From the NCBI GenBank assembly GCA_963976765.1, contig CAXBME010000041.1, positions 1 to 52,148 of the forward strand: a stretch of DNA of 52,148 nt, written 5' to 3'. The stretch comes from an uncultured Planctomycetaceae bacterium. Lineage in GTDB: Bacteria; Planctomycetota; Planctomycetia; Planctomycetales; Planctomycetaceae. Numbering within the stretch: the stretch's first letter is position 1; the number at the start of each line of letters is the position of its first letter. The translations under genes and the position numbers were made by a program. Of this stretch, positions 1 to 9,284 are shown in pieces. The notes below the pieces were generated by a model that saw only the letters and a list, made by a program, of their open reading frames with translations, was not told the DNA's origin and searched no databases.

Positions 1-102
1 GTTCTAGACCTGCCTCCTTTCACATATTTACCCAGGTATTGTCAACACGACCTAGCAGCTTGTGTACAACACTTCGCTAACACAGCGTCAACGTTGTAGT
101 TG

Positions 103-1644
103 TCACGCTCTTGAGGGTGGCGTGAGCCCGTATTCAGTCGCGAGCCAACAGATCGCCGAATCGAGCAATCGCTGAGGTGTGGTCGTGTAGTGCTTGTCCG
201 ACATCTTCTGAGGGGCGTGTCCAAGGAATAAGTCTTCAACACCGTTGTACTTCTCGTTGTTGCGCAATCTTGACGCAGACGACTTCTTGAATGCCTTCAG
301 CGGCTTCGAGATCGCCGTTCTTGCCTTTAGTCGATCGAATGCATTCTTGATATTGTCGGTCTTCTTGTACTTGCCGTCTTTGTCACGCTGCTCTGTCCAA
401 AGAGGCAATTTGTTCGAGTTCAACAGCGCCCGCTCCCCTGGTCCATCATCATGATGCACCTTGAGCAGCCGCAATGTTTCAGGCCAAAGCAGATAGCTGA
501 CAGTGGGGACGTTGTGGGCCGATGCCGTCTTCGATCGCTTACGGACGATCCTCCCGTTCTCCCAGTCAATCTCCTTTTTCAAGAGGTCTGAGATGTCCTT
601 TTGTGTCATGCCGCAATTCAACATCAACAGGACAAACAACTTCGTCCTTTCCTTCGCCTGAGATAGCACCAACTTGATCTCATCAGTCGTGTAGATCACT
701 GCGTCCGGTATCTTCGCGGTGATGTTGAGCACATCAGATTTGCCGTCGAGTACGCGTGGCAGTGACGCGATCGCCTCGATCTGCCAGAGCCAACGAATGA
801 ACGCCTTGAGTGAGACGATGTAGTTTCGAGCGGTCGTCGTTGACCACTTGTCGCTGGTCGCGATGCTAATGAGGCTCGCGTGGTATTTTCTGAGACTTGT
901 GCTGTCGATATCAGTGACAGCAGTGTCCTGCCCCATCCAGTTCTGGAAGTGCGAAAGATGAAGATTAATCGCATAGACGCGGCCAGCTGAGAGTTTCCCC
1001 GCAGCTACTTCGCTCTCCTTCTGTGCGATAAATTCTTCGACATGTTTTCGAAGCGAAACATCACGAATCACAGACCGCCGACGTTGGGAGCTAAGCCGAT
1101 CACGCCAGATTTCCTTCCGTATCCGCAGCGGACTCCCATCCAACTCCTCGAGGAATCTCTTGCGTGACTCATCTGTTAATTCCGGCAACTGTGGACGTGA
1201 GAGCGTAAAACTCGCAAGGTCTTCAGCAGCCTTGCTAAAGAGATCATCTGGAATGCTGATCGTTGGCGGCTCGAAACGAGCATAAAATTGGTCAGTGTCT
1301 TTCAGAGCGCTGAGAGCGGGAGCTTCCAACTGCGTTCGAAGTCTCGTTAGTTTTTCGTGAGCAAGTTGAGCCATCGGCGGTTCACCATGACGGTTGGACC
1401 AGGTAAGAACCTGCTCCCACTCGTCAATGGCTCGCTCGTAGCTTTGCTCGTGTTTCCTCGGCTGGCTGGCGTCAACGCGGAGTTTTGTCAGCTCCCACTC
1501 CTTGAGTGCGGCTGCGTATGACTCACGATCAGACTTTCCCCGGCCGCCAGGGAAGTAGTACAGCTTGCCCTTGTATTTCTTTCGCCAACGTCCCGCCCGC
1601 CCGCTGGTTCCGTCCTGCCATGTAAGGGCAAGTTTCCGTGCCAT
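103..1644 (-). CDS. Tyrosine recombinase/integrase, atypical catalytic motifs
   Basis: 513 aa ORF with an N-terminal arm-binding-like region (RWRKKYKGKLYYF), a SAM-like core and C-terminal boxes LLMLNCGMTQKDI, KRSKT, LFLGH and KHY. Adjacent to a tRNA fragment. Confidence 0.85.
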   Translation of the reverse strand: MARKLALTWQDGTSGRAGRWRKKYKGKLYYFPGGRGKSDRESYAAALKEWELTKLRVDASQPRKHEQSYERAIDEWEQVLTWSNRHGEPPMAQLAHEKLTRLRTQLEAPALSALKDTDQFYARFEPPTISIPDDLFSKAAEDLASFTLSRPQLPELTDESRKRFLEELDGSPLRIRKEIWRDRLSSQRRRSVIRDVSLRKHVEEFIAQKESEVAAGKLSAGRVYAINLHLSHFQNWMGQDTAVTDIDSTSLRKYHASLISIATSDKWSTTTARNYIVSLKAFIRWLWQIEAIASLPRVLDGKSDVLNITAKIPDAVIYTTDEIKLVLSQAKERTKLFVLLMLNCGMTQKDISDLLKKEIDWENGRIVRKRSKTASAHNVPTVSYLLWPETLRLLKVHHDDGPGERALLNSNKLPLWTEQRDKDGKYKKTDNIKNAFDRLKARTAISKPLKAFKKSSASRLRNNEKYNGVEDLFLGHAPQKMSDKHYTTTPQRLLDSAICWLATEYGLTPPSRA

Positions 1645-1668
1645 TGCTTAGTCCTGTCGAAATTCTCG

Positions 1669-1722
1669 GAGATACCTTTGGTGATACCTTTTTTGTCACG
1701 AAGTGTGTAAAAATGGTATCTC
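1669..1722. promoter_or_regulatory. Putative integrase arm-type binding sites
   Basis: GATACCTTT direct repeats at 1671-1679 and 1683-1691, plus an inverted near-copy AAATGGTATCTC at 1711-1722, lying between the integrase start and the tRNA fragment. Confidence 0.55.
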
Positions 1723-1772
1723 GCCGAAATTACAAGTCAAGCAATACAAGGCACTTACGGTTTCGACCATAA

Positions 1773-1818
1773 CACTGGGGGTGCAGAGGTCGCAGGTTCA
1801 AATCCTGTCGTCCCGACT
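1773..1818 (+). tRNA. 3' half of tRNA-Pro(GGG); att-site fragment, not an intact tRNA
   Basis: CA-CTGGGGG-TGCAG-AGGTC-GCAGG-TTCAAAT-CCTGT-CGTCCCG-A gives an anticodon loop, 3' anticodon stem, T-arm and acceptor 3' strand. No D-arm or 5' acceptor strand upstream. Confidence 0.9.
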
Positions 1819-3297
1819 ATCTTTCGAAACAAGCCCTTTGGCCAACAGGTCAAAGGGCTTTCTCATTGTGGGCACAAGGTTTACGTCGTCGAGAGTCCAG
1901 TTCAAACAGAGGATTTCGAGGATTCGACGCTTTGCATCGAAATCTGCCGTAAACCACCGCTGCCGTAGGCTTTGCGAAAGTTCAAACGCTTTCACTGCAA
2001 TGTCGATGATTTCGTGCCGTGAGCGGTCAGTAGCGTCGATCTCCAGCTTCAACTCGGCCTCACGATCACGAAGGTCACGAGCCGTTTCGGCGTAGGTCGA
2101 AGGATCAATCTCTTCGAGCAACAGATGGTTGGTGAGTCGCTTCTGTTGTCGGCGTACCGAAGCCAACTCCGCTTCGAGTTCTTCTGCTCGCTCGATGGAT
2201 GATTCCTGATCCCAGTTGGTCGCCTGACGCAGTTGTTCTCGGAACAGATCACGGAAGTCTTCGTCCTCAATCCGAAGCGTGTCGAAGATGGCGAGCATCT
2301 GAGCGTCGAGTTCCTTCTCGGTCAGGCGAACTCTTGGATGGTCGCCTTTGTGGTACTGCGTACAACGATAGTACACGTAGTGGCGGTCGCCGCTCTTCGT
2401 CTTCTTTGTCTTACGCTCTCCCGTGATCGGGCATCCGCAGTGCCCGCATTCGATCAAGTCGGCGGCGTAGGTCATCTGGTGCTGCTTGTAGACCTTTTGG
2501 CCGATCAGAGCTTGAACCCGATTCCAAAGCTGACGGGAGATGATCGGTTCGTGTGTTCCGGGATGCCATTCATCTCGGAACTTGATCTCCCCGATGTAGG
2601 CACGGTCGGTGAGGATCGTGTAGAGCTTGCTGCGTCCGAATTTCGGCGTCGAAGGGAGCCAGTCGATGCCTTCAGCAATCAGAGCATCTCGAAGAGAATC
2701 GAGCGTATGGTTGTGGTAGGCATAGAGTTCGAAGATTCGGCGGATTTTTGCCGAGTTCTCAGGGTGAAGCTCGACAATGCTTCGACCGTCGATGCGGACG
2801 TTTCGGTAGCCGTAGGGTGGGCGACTGGGAAAGAGCCCGCTCGCAACCCGTCTCTCAATTCCCTCTTTCACGTCGATGCTTTGCTGCTCCGTGTAGAATG
2901 ACGCCATGCTGGCCAGCATTCTGCGCTGCATTCGACCAGCGGGTGTGTTCTCTGTCGGTTGAGCCACGGAGATGAATTGGACGCCGAACTCGGATTCAAG
3001 CCGTTCAAGCTCAACGTAGTCGAACAGGTTTCGGGCGGCTCTATCGACCTTGTAAAACAAGAGGCCGTCGAGCTTGTGTGCGTTCTTCTGAGCGAACGTC
3101 ATCAACTCTCGGAAGGTTGTCCGTTCGTCGTACTTAGAAGCGGTCTCGGCGATCCGAAATAACCGGATGATTTCGCCGTTGTGTCGGTCAGCGTACTGGC
3201 GCAGAGCATCAACCTGAACGTCGAGCGAAAAGCCCTCACGTTCCTGCTCTCGGCTGCTCACACGGGCCAAAGCGACATATCTGCGTTGTGGTTCCAC
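1798..3297 (-). CDS. Large serine recombinase (LSR1)
   Basis: ARVSSREQ catalytic Ser, YKVDRAAR, PYGY recombinase domain, CGHCG...YYRC zinc ribbon and coiled coil. The stop codon lies in the tRNA T-loop. Confidence 0.95.
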   Translation of the reverse strand: MEPQRRYVALARVSSREQEREGFSLDVQVDALRQYADRHNGEIIRLFRIAETASKYDERTTFRELMTFAQKNAHKLDGLLFYKVDRAARNLFDYVELERLESEFGVQFISVAQPTENTPAGRMQRRMLASMASFYTEQQSIDVKEGIERRVASGLFPSRPPYGYRNVRIDGRSIVELHPENSAKIRRIFELYAYHNHTLDSLRDALIAEGIDWLPSTPKFGRSKLYTILTDRAYIGEIKFRDEWHPGTHEPIISRQLWNRVQALIGQKVYKQHQMTYAADLIECGHCGCPITGERKTKKTKSGDRHYVYYRCTQYHKGDHPRVRLTEKELDAQMLAIFDTLRIEDEDFRDLFREQLRQATNWDQESSIERAEELEAELASVRRQQKRLTNHLLLEEIDPSTYAETARDLRDREAELKLEIDATDRSRHEIIDIAVKAFELSQSLRQRWFTADFDAKRRILEILCLNWTLDDVNLVPTMRKPFDLLAKGLVSKDSRDDRI

Positions 3298-3430
3298 GAT
3301 CTGCCATCCATGAACGAAAAGACCTCATCGATTGATGAGGTCTATTCTCGCCCATTTTGGCGGTGCCACAACAGTTGAAGGACTCAACTGGAGAAATAGT
3401 TCTAACCGTGTCCTGTTGGCTTCGAAGGCT

Positions 3431-4921
3431 TCAAGCCAGCAACGGTTCAAACGGTGTCCTGCCGCATCGCACGAGTTTTTCGTCTTCAAGCCGGAACTCC
3501 TGAAAGACGGACTCCAGAACTCGGCGTTTGAAGTGGTAGGTGGCGACGGCCCATTGGTCCATGATGGTGGGAAACAGATGCGGAGCGTTTTCACCCATAT
3601 CTTCGACAACTGCGATCTGAATCTTCTGGTTGGTCAACTGTGTCTGCAACGTATCGATCTGCTCGGCCAGTTCGCAGCGTTTCTCTTCGTAGAGTTCGTC
3701 GCTGAGTTTTCCGTCAATCCACTTGTCACAGAGTGAAGCCGCCCTGCTTTCAGCGTTCGAAAGCTGCCTCTTCAACTCCCGCTCACGCACGAAGTCTCGC
3801 TCGATATTGGACCGCAACTTCATGGCCAACAAACGTGAAAGCATTTCTCCAAGGCTCGCACAGCGATCACGGAGCACACCCAAGAGCGCAAGAATCTGTG
3901 CGTCGAACACACTTTCTGTGAGGCGGACTCTCGGATGCGAGCCGTTGCTGTATTTCGAACAACGGTAATAGAGATACGTCTTCGTACCGCTTTTCGTTTT
4001 CTTCGTCTTGGGTTCTCCCGTGATCGGCCTACCGCAGTGTCCGCACCAAATCAGTTTGCTGCCGTAGACCATTTGATGTGATCGATACGTCTTGTTTCCG
4101 AGCAACGCCTGACCGGTTTCGAACATGGCCGGGGATACCAGTTGCTCGTGCGATCCCGGCAACCAATTACCACGAAACCAAATGTGTCCAAGATACGCCT
4201 CGTCATTCAGGATTCCGTACACCTTGCTCTCGCTGAACCTCGGGTGCGAAGGCGCATAGAATCGGCCCTCCTTATACATCAGACCAATAATCTCTGGCAC
4301 ACCCAAAGCGTGCTGCGTGAACAATTCGAAGATTCGCTTCACGTTGTTCGCTGCTATCGGAGCAGTTCGTACCAACGCCCGCTTTCCTTCATGGTAGTTC
4401 TCGTATCCGTAGGGGGCTCGTGAAGGAAACAGCCCTTCCTCAACCCGTTTGGCAATTCCTTCTCGAACGTCAACGGACTGTTGTTCCGTTTGGAAGCTGG
4501 CCATCATCGCAAGCGAGCGACGGAGTAACCTCCCGGATGGAGAGTTGTCGCTGGGCTGCGTCACGGACTCAAATCGGACGCCGTATTCCGATTCAAGGCG
4601 TTCCAATTCGATGTAATCAAACATGTTTCGAGCGGCTCGATCCAGTTTGTAAAACAGAACACCATCCAACTGAGAAGCATGCGCTTTGACGTAACGAAGG
4701 AACTCTCGAAACGTTTTCCGTTCCTCGCTCTTCGTGGCAGTCTCAGCTATCTTGAACATCATGATGACTCTTCCACCGTTTCGTTCCGCATGAGCAGTGA
4801 TTCCGCCCACCTGAACGTCAAGTGAGAAGCCTTCTTCCTTTTGTTCACGGCTCGATACTCGGGCGAATCCGACGTATTGTTTCAGAGGACCACATTCACT
4901 GGTTCTGTTCTTGGGACGCAT
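3431..4921 (-). CDS. Large serine recombinase (LSR2)
   Basis: Same motifs as LSR1 (ARVSSREQ, YKLDRAAR, APYGY, CGHCG...YYRC). Likely start is MRPKN at 4921, behind an AGGAAGG SD-like sequence. Confidence 0.92.
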   Translation of the reverse strand: MRPKNRTSECGPLKQYVGFARVSSREQKEEGFSLDVQVGGITAHAERNGGRVIMMFKIAETATKSEERKTFREFLRYVKAHASQLDGVLFYKLDRAARNMFDYIELERLESEYGVRFESVTQPSDNSPSGRLLRRSLAMMASFQTEQQSVDVREGIAKRVEEGLFPSRAPYGYENYHEGKRALVRTAPIAANNVKRIFELFTQHALGVPEIIGLMYKEGRFYAPSHPRFSESKVYGILNDEAYLGHIWFRGNWLPGSHEQLVSPAMFETGQALLGNKTYRSHQMVYGSKLIWCGHCGRPITGEPKTKKTKSGTKTYLYYRCSKYSNGSHPRVRLTESVFDAQILALLGVLRDRCASLGEMLSRLLAMKLRSNIERDFVRERELKRQLSNAESRAASLCDKWIDGKLSDELYEEKRCELAEQIDTLQTQLTNQKIQIAVVEDMGENAPHLFPTIMDQWAVATYHFKRRVLESVFQEFRLEDEKLVRCGRTPFEPLLA

Positions 4922-5117
4922 CGTCTGTACCTTCCTCATCGAAGCGGTCAAAGCCAACGACGTTGAACAGGTTCCCAAGCCTTTCGGCGAGGTTTCGAAC
5001 CTGATCTTTCGAGAGCGAGAGCCCGGAGCTTTCTCGAATTTCGACAACTGCCGACGACACAAATTCGTCTGACAGCCACTCCCGTTTGTCTATTGGTGTT
5101 TCTGCTTCTTGATTCAT
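4896..5117 (-). CDS. Small protein overlapping the LSR2 start (possible directionality/accessory factor)
   Basis: 73 aa ORF with a GGAG SD, overlapping the LSR2 start. Function is inferred from position only. Confidence 0.55.
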   Translation of the reverse strand: MNQEAETPIDKREWLSDEFVSSAVVEIRESSGLSLSKDQVRNLAERLGNLFNVVGFDRFDEEGTDDASQEQNQ

Positions 5118-5414
5118 TCCGAACTCCGTCGATTTCAGTTGCCGAAATCCTACGGGTGTCGGTTAGGGGGTTCGAAGGCACCGATTTCGTCCTACGCAAT
5201 CCAGAATCGCCACGAAAAGCCCTGAATGAACCCACTCACATTCGAGGCCACGTCGTTCGCCGGTAAAGCAGGGAGACTTTCCGTCTCCCCTCACACTGGC
5301 CTGCTCACCGATTGAGGGTCACAATCAACGCCATCAACGACGAGATCGTGATCTGGTGCGCCGAGTAGCTGATGGCGAGACCGCCATTGTGCTCCTGATG
5401 CACGGACAGCCTAT

Positions 5415-7130
5415 TTACGGTGCCGCCTTGGACGCTCGTGGAATTACTTGGCCGTGATTTTCGCTTCGGCTCAGGTCGGTCAATTGCAGTCCATCGACTC
5501 TGCTGGAATACAAGGCGACGACATCACCGGAGTCATCTAACGGAAGGGCCTCGAAGTCACCAGAATACCTCTCGCCTTCCGAGATTCTGACCGAGCGAAC
5601 CTTGCCGATGAACGAGTCGATTGGGTTTGTGTCTCCAACGCAGCCGATCACGAAGCGTGTTCCGCCCAATTGTTTCGTGGCAGGACCGGAGACGACATGC
5701 TTTCCGTTGAGGTACAAGCGAGTCTCGGTTTCGCCAAATACAGCAGCCACGTGAGTCCACTCTTTGAGCGGGACTGTGGCGTCACTGAAGATGATGCCTT
5801 GTTGGGAATCTGTCGGAATGTACTCGGCGACAAGACCGGCTCCGATGATCCCCAAGCTGTTGCCGAATCGTGGGGCAAGATCACTGCCGATGATGAAACG
5901 GGGATGATCGTTGTCGTAGTCCTCGATCATGATCCACGCTTCAAGCGTACAGGGGGCGAAACGCTCGACCGGCGTGACGATTTGATATGAGCCGTCAAAA
6001 ACCAGAGCGTCGTTCTCAACGATGACCGTTGGCGGCTTCTCAGCCTCGACTGACATTTCGGGTTCAAAGTTCAGAAAAAACGACACCAGAAGCGTGGCCA
6101 TTGCTCCGCAAAGAAAAACGCCGGAAGTCTTTAACCATGAAGGCAACTCAAACGGTTCCCTTTCTGGCGACCGAAGCGCTTCGGCCAGTGCCTTGCCTGA
6201 CTCGTATCGTCCTTCGGGATGCTTCGACAAACAGTGCAGGCAAATGCGATTCAAATATTTGCCAACCTGCCCGTTCCATGTGTTCGGAGGCAACTGGTGC
6301 CGGAAGAGAACGGACTCTCGTGCCATCAGCGGAGTATCGACTTGGTATGGGAGCTTGCCGGTCAGGCATTCGTAGAGCACTACGCCGAGTGAATAGATGT
6401 CGGACCTCGGCCCGATGAGTTGTTTCTCTCCCGCAATCTGCTCGGGTGACATGTAGGCGACTGTGCCAAGATTGTCAGGAGTCTCGTCACCCGGAGAAAT
6501 GGCGATGCCGAAGTCGGTCAGAAAAGGTTTGCCGTTGGTGTCAATCAGAATGTTTGCCGGTTTGATGTCTCGGTGAATGAATCCCTGTTCGTGAGCGTAA
6601 TCCAACGCCTCAGCGACAGTGGCGATCAACGAGATTGCTTCCTCAATCTCAAGAGGTCCAGCGGCAATCAGATCGGCAAGGCTTTGGCCATCGATGTAGT
6701 CGGACACAAGGAACCATTGGCCATCGTCTTCAACCACGTCATGAACAGCGACGATATTGTCGTGACGAAGTTTGGCGATCCGGCGAGCTTCATCCTTGAG
6801 CGGGGCCAGCGGTGAGTGCGGACTCTTGATGGCGACATGACGTTCGAGTTCCGTGTCGAAAGCCAATACGACTCGTCCGTGACCGCCTTGGCCGAGTAGA
6901 TGTTCAACCTTGTATCGACCGACAATGACTTCCGGTAACGGTGGCTCTTCGGCATCTCCTGACATCCAAGCCATTCGTTTCAGAGCTTCCACCTTCTGTT
7001 CGACTTCATCTCGAAGCTCCGGGCACTCAGCGCAAAGTTGATCGATGGACAGGTCGTTGCCCATTTCACGCTCTTCTTCCCATCGAAGAAGCAGGTCAGC
7101 GATTCGATCATCTCGGGATGTGTCAGTCAT
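5415..7130 (-). CDS. Hanks-type Ser/Thr kinase with TM helix and LamG/concanavalin-like C-terminal domain
   Basis: LGQGGHGRV, VAIK, HRDIKPANIL, DFG and YMSPE motifs, a hydrophobic segment, then a WTHVAAVF...LYLNG LamG-like motif. Start overlaps the sigma stop. Confidence 0.93.
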   Translation of the reverse strand: MTDTSRDDRIADLLLRWEEEREMGNDLSIDQLCAECPELRDEVEQKVEALKRMAWMSGDAEEPPLPEVIVGRYKVEHLLGQGGHGRVVLAFDTELERHVAIKSPHSPLAPLKDEARRIAKLRHDNIVAVHDVVEDDGQWFLVSDYIDGQSLADLIAAGPLEIEEAISLIATVAEALDYAHEQGFIHRDIKPANILIDTNGKPFLTDFGIAISPGDETPDNLGTVAYMSPEQIAGEKQLIGPRSDIYSLGVVLYECLTGKLPYQVDTPLMARESVLFRHQLPPNTWNGQVGKYLNRICLHCLSKHPEGRYESGKALAEALRSPEREPFELPSWLKTSGVFLCGAMATLLVSFFLNFEPEMSVEAEKPPTVIVENDALVFDGSYQIVTPVERFAPCTLEAWIMIEDYDNDHPRFIIGSDLAPRFGNSLGIIGAGLVAEYIPTDSQQGIIFSDATVPLKEWTHVAAVFGETETRLYLNGKHVVSGPATKQLGGTRFVIGCVGDTNPIDSFIGKVRSVRISEGERYSGDFEALPLDDSGDVVALYSSRVDGLQLTDLSRSENHGQVIPRASKAAP

Positions 7131-7713
7131 TCGTGAAGTCGAAGTCCTTGAGTGTTTCAAAGAGTGTGAGCCGAGCCGCTTGCCAGCGACGTTTCAAAGT
7201 TGCCAGCGAGATGCCGAGAACATCGGCTGCTGCTGGTTGTTTCATTCCGTCGTACCAGACGAGTTCCACGACCTCTCGCTGTTCTTCTGGGAGCAGATCG
7301 ACTTGGTTGTGGAATGCTTCCCACGCTTCCATCGATTCCGGTTCGACGCTCTTTGTGACTGTTTGCCGAACGGCTTTGCCATCATCGGTGTAATGGTTCT
7401 TGCCAATGCCTTCCGGGCCATCGTGCTTCCGAGCGAGATCGATGAGTTCTCGCCGAATCTGAGTGGCTGCGAGCCCATAAAACTGCCTTGGTGATTCCGG
7501 CCTGACCTCGGCCAATGCCCGGTGCAGCCGAATGATCGAGTCCTGAAGTACATCGTCTGTCTCCGCCCATCGACGAACTCGGGGAAACCGTCCAAGCATC
7601 TTGCTTGCCAGAACCCGCAGTCGGTCCAGCGTGTGCTCGATGATTTCAGCACGCAGTTCCCCCTCAGCATTCGAAAGGTCCAGCCAGTTCTGAAGTTCCG
7701 TTGTGTGAGGCAT
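7123..7713 (-). CDS. ECF sigma-70 factor coupled to the kinase
   Basis: Region 2 (ETDDVLQD...IRRELIDLAR) and region 4 (LPEEQREVVEL...AADVLGISLATLKRRWQAAR). Translationally coupled to the kinase. Confidence 0.9.
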   Translation of the reverse strand: MPHTTELQNWLDLSNAEGELRAEIIEHTLDRLRVLASKMLGRFPRVRRWAETDDVLQDSIIRLHRALAEVRPESPRQFYGLAATQIRRELIDLARKHDGPEGIGKNHYTDDGKAVRQTVTKSVEPESMEAWEAFHNQVDLLPEEQREVVELVWYDGMKQPAAADVLGISLATLKRRWQAARLTLFETLKDFDFTND

Positions 7714-7902
7714 GTCCTGATGTCCGAGCAATCTGCGGGTGTTTTTGCAGACATTCTATCGAACACAGGGAATCTCGCCTCTCCGGTCATGTAAGCGAGA
7801 ACGGCATCGATTTCGGCTCATGACACCCGCAATTGAGCCGGTTTTGTTCTGGCTCTCGCTCAGGGACATGAGGCGATCTAGGTTCACGCACTGGAGAAAT
7901 CG

Positions 7903-9240
7903 ATGGCAAGCAACTGGTACTACGAAGAGAACGGCGACCGGCAAGGCCCGGTGGATTCAAAGACTCTGAAGCAACTGGCGGGCAACGGAACGATTAAATC
8001 AACCACTCCAGTCTGGCGTGAAGGAATGAAGGACTGGGTTAAGGCTGGGAGTGTGAAAGGGCTTCTTCCGAAGCAGAACGAACAAAAGCCACTGCGTGAA
8101 TCGACTGATTCGGCAAATGACGGTGTGCTGCAATCAATCAAAGGCTGGTATGAGGCGACATGGCTCTCAAAGCGTCCCTTGCCATTTCAGATTGCTGCAT
8201 GGCTCTTCTGTTGGCACTTCATCATCGTCTGGTACTTCATCACGAAGCCAGCTACGAGCAACGATCCCGGCACAGACAACCAGCGTGCATCGGGGGCACC
8301 TGTAGTCAAGCGACTGTTGCTTGGAGGAGCATCGTTCGTCGTGATCGCTATCGGCATCTCCACAGTCGCCACGATTGTTTCCCTGCGGGGGGCAAATGCT
8401 GTCGTTAACGAAGGTGATCGGCTGTGGGACGAGGGCAATGAGACCGCAGCGATCTCTGAATACCAAAAAGTCGTTGACGATCATTTGCCTTTGGTATCAA
8501 GCGAGCGCCGAAGCAGAGTGTACAGTCGCCTCATTGACCACTATGCGACCAACGGCGATGAGCAAAAAGCAAAATCAGTCTTTGAACGCACGATCAACCC
8601 CGCAGAATTAGAGCCGCAAACTGATTTAGGCAGACAACTGGTTGAAACGTGGATGGCAGGTCAGATCACTGCCGATTTCTTTCCATTCAATGCCGGGACC
8701 AAGCGTCACTATGCAACAAACACCTACGCATTCGGCCCGGAAATCCAAAGTCGAGTTGAATGGCAGTTCCAAAATGACAACACGATTCGGACAACAACGA
8801 TAAACGAGTTCGTCGTTGGTGGTGGAAATCTCCCAGCCAGCTTGGGCAGTGACAGGACCATCCATTTTCGAACAGACAACGGGTTCATCGAAACAGGCGA
8901 ATCATCCGAATACAGCAATGGCATCGTCTGGTCGCCAGTTCTGAAACTTGGTGTATCTCAGGGCGATGAGTGGGAGCGCAGATACCAGAACGGCGTCGTG
9001 CAGAGCTATCGGGTAGACGCTTTTGATACTCGTGAGGTCAACGAGAGCATTGATGGTGGCGGCAGTGTCGAATGCGTGGTCATTGAAATGAGGATGACAG
9101 CCCCGATTGGTCCCGAGACGATTGTTGAATCTGTTTATGCGGAGGGCGTCGGACGAATTCGAGAGGACGCATGGATTGTCGAGAACGGCCAGAGGACGAT
9201 GACTCGATCCGAAATCATGATGCCGCTTCTCCAAGAATGA
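7903..9240 (+). CDS. GYF_2 (DUF4339)-like membrane protein
   Basis: N-terminal WYY...QGPV...L...VWREGMKDW signature, two hydrophobic segments and a soluble C-terminal domain. GGAG SD. Confidence 0.75.
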   Translation: MASNWYYEENGDRQGPVDSKTLKQLAGNGTIKSTTPVWREGMKDWVKAGSVKGLLPKQNEQKPLRESTDSANDGVLQSIKGWYEATWLSKRPLPFQIAAWLFCWHFIIVWYFITKPATSNDPGTDNQRASGAPVVKRLLLGGASFVVIAIGISTVATIVSLRGANAVVNEGDRLWDEGNETAAISEYQKVVDDHLPLVSSERRSRVYSRLIDHYATNGDEQKAKSVFERTINPAELEPQTDLGRQLVETWMAGQITADFFPFNAGTKRHYATNTYAFGPEIQSRVEWQFQNDNTIRTTTINEFVVGGGNLPASLGSDRTIHFRTDNGFIETGESSEYSNGIVWSPVLKLGVSQGDEWERRYQNGVVQSYRVDAFDTREVNESIDGGGSVECVVIEMRMTAPIGPETIVESVYAEGVGRIREDAWIVENGQRTMTRSEIMMPLLQE

Positions 9241-9284
9241 CGACACCCGCATCGCCTCCTCCTTGAAACCAACAGGAGGCTCAG

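Noticed and set aside
1740..1820. Complete tRNA gene
   Set aside because: No D-arm or 5' acceptor strand can be formed upstream of the anticodon loop; only the 3' half is present.
2939..2946. Motif copy inside LSR1 as a functional site
   Set aside because: Isolated and mid-gene (encodes NTPAG); compatible with chance. Mid-gene copies at 26636 and 28951 are similarly uncertain.
3399..3412. Second tRNA fragment (GTTCTAACCGTGTC resembles GTTCAAATCCTGTC, 11/14)
   Set aside because: No T-stem pairing or acceptor strand; treated as an att-junction sequence instead.
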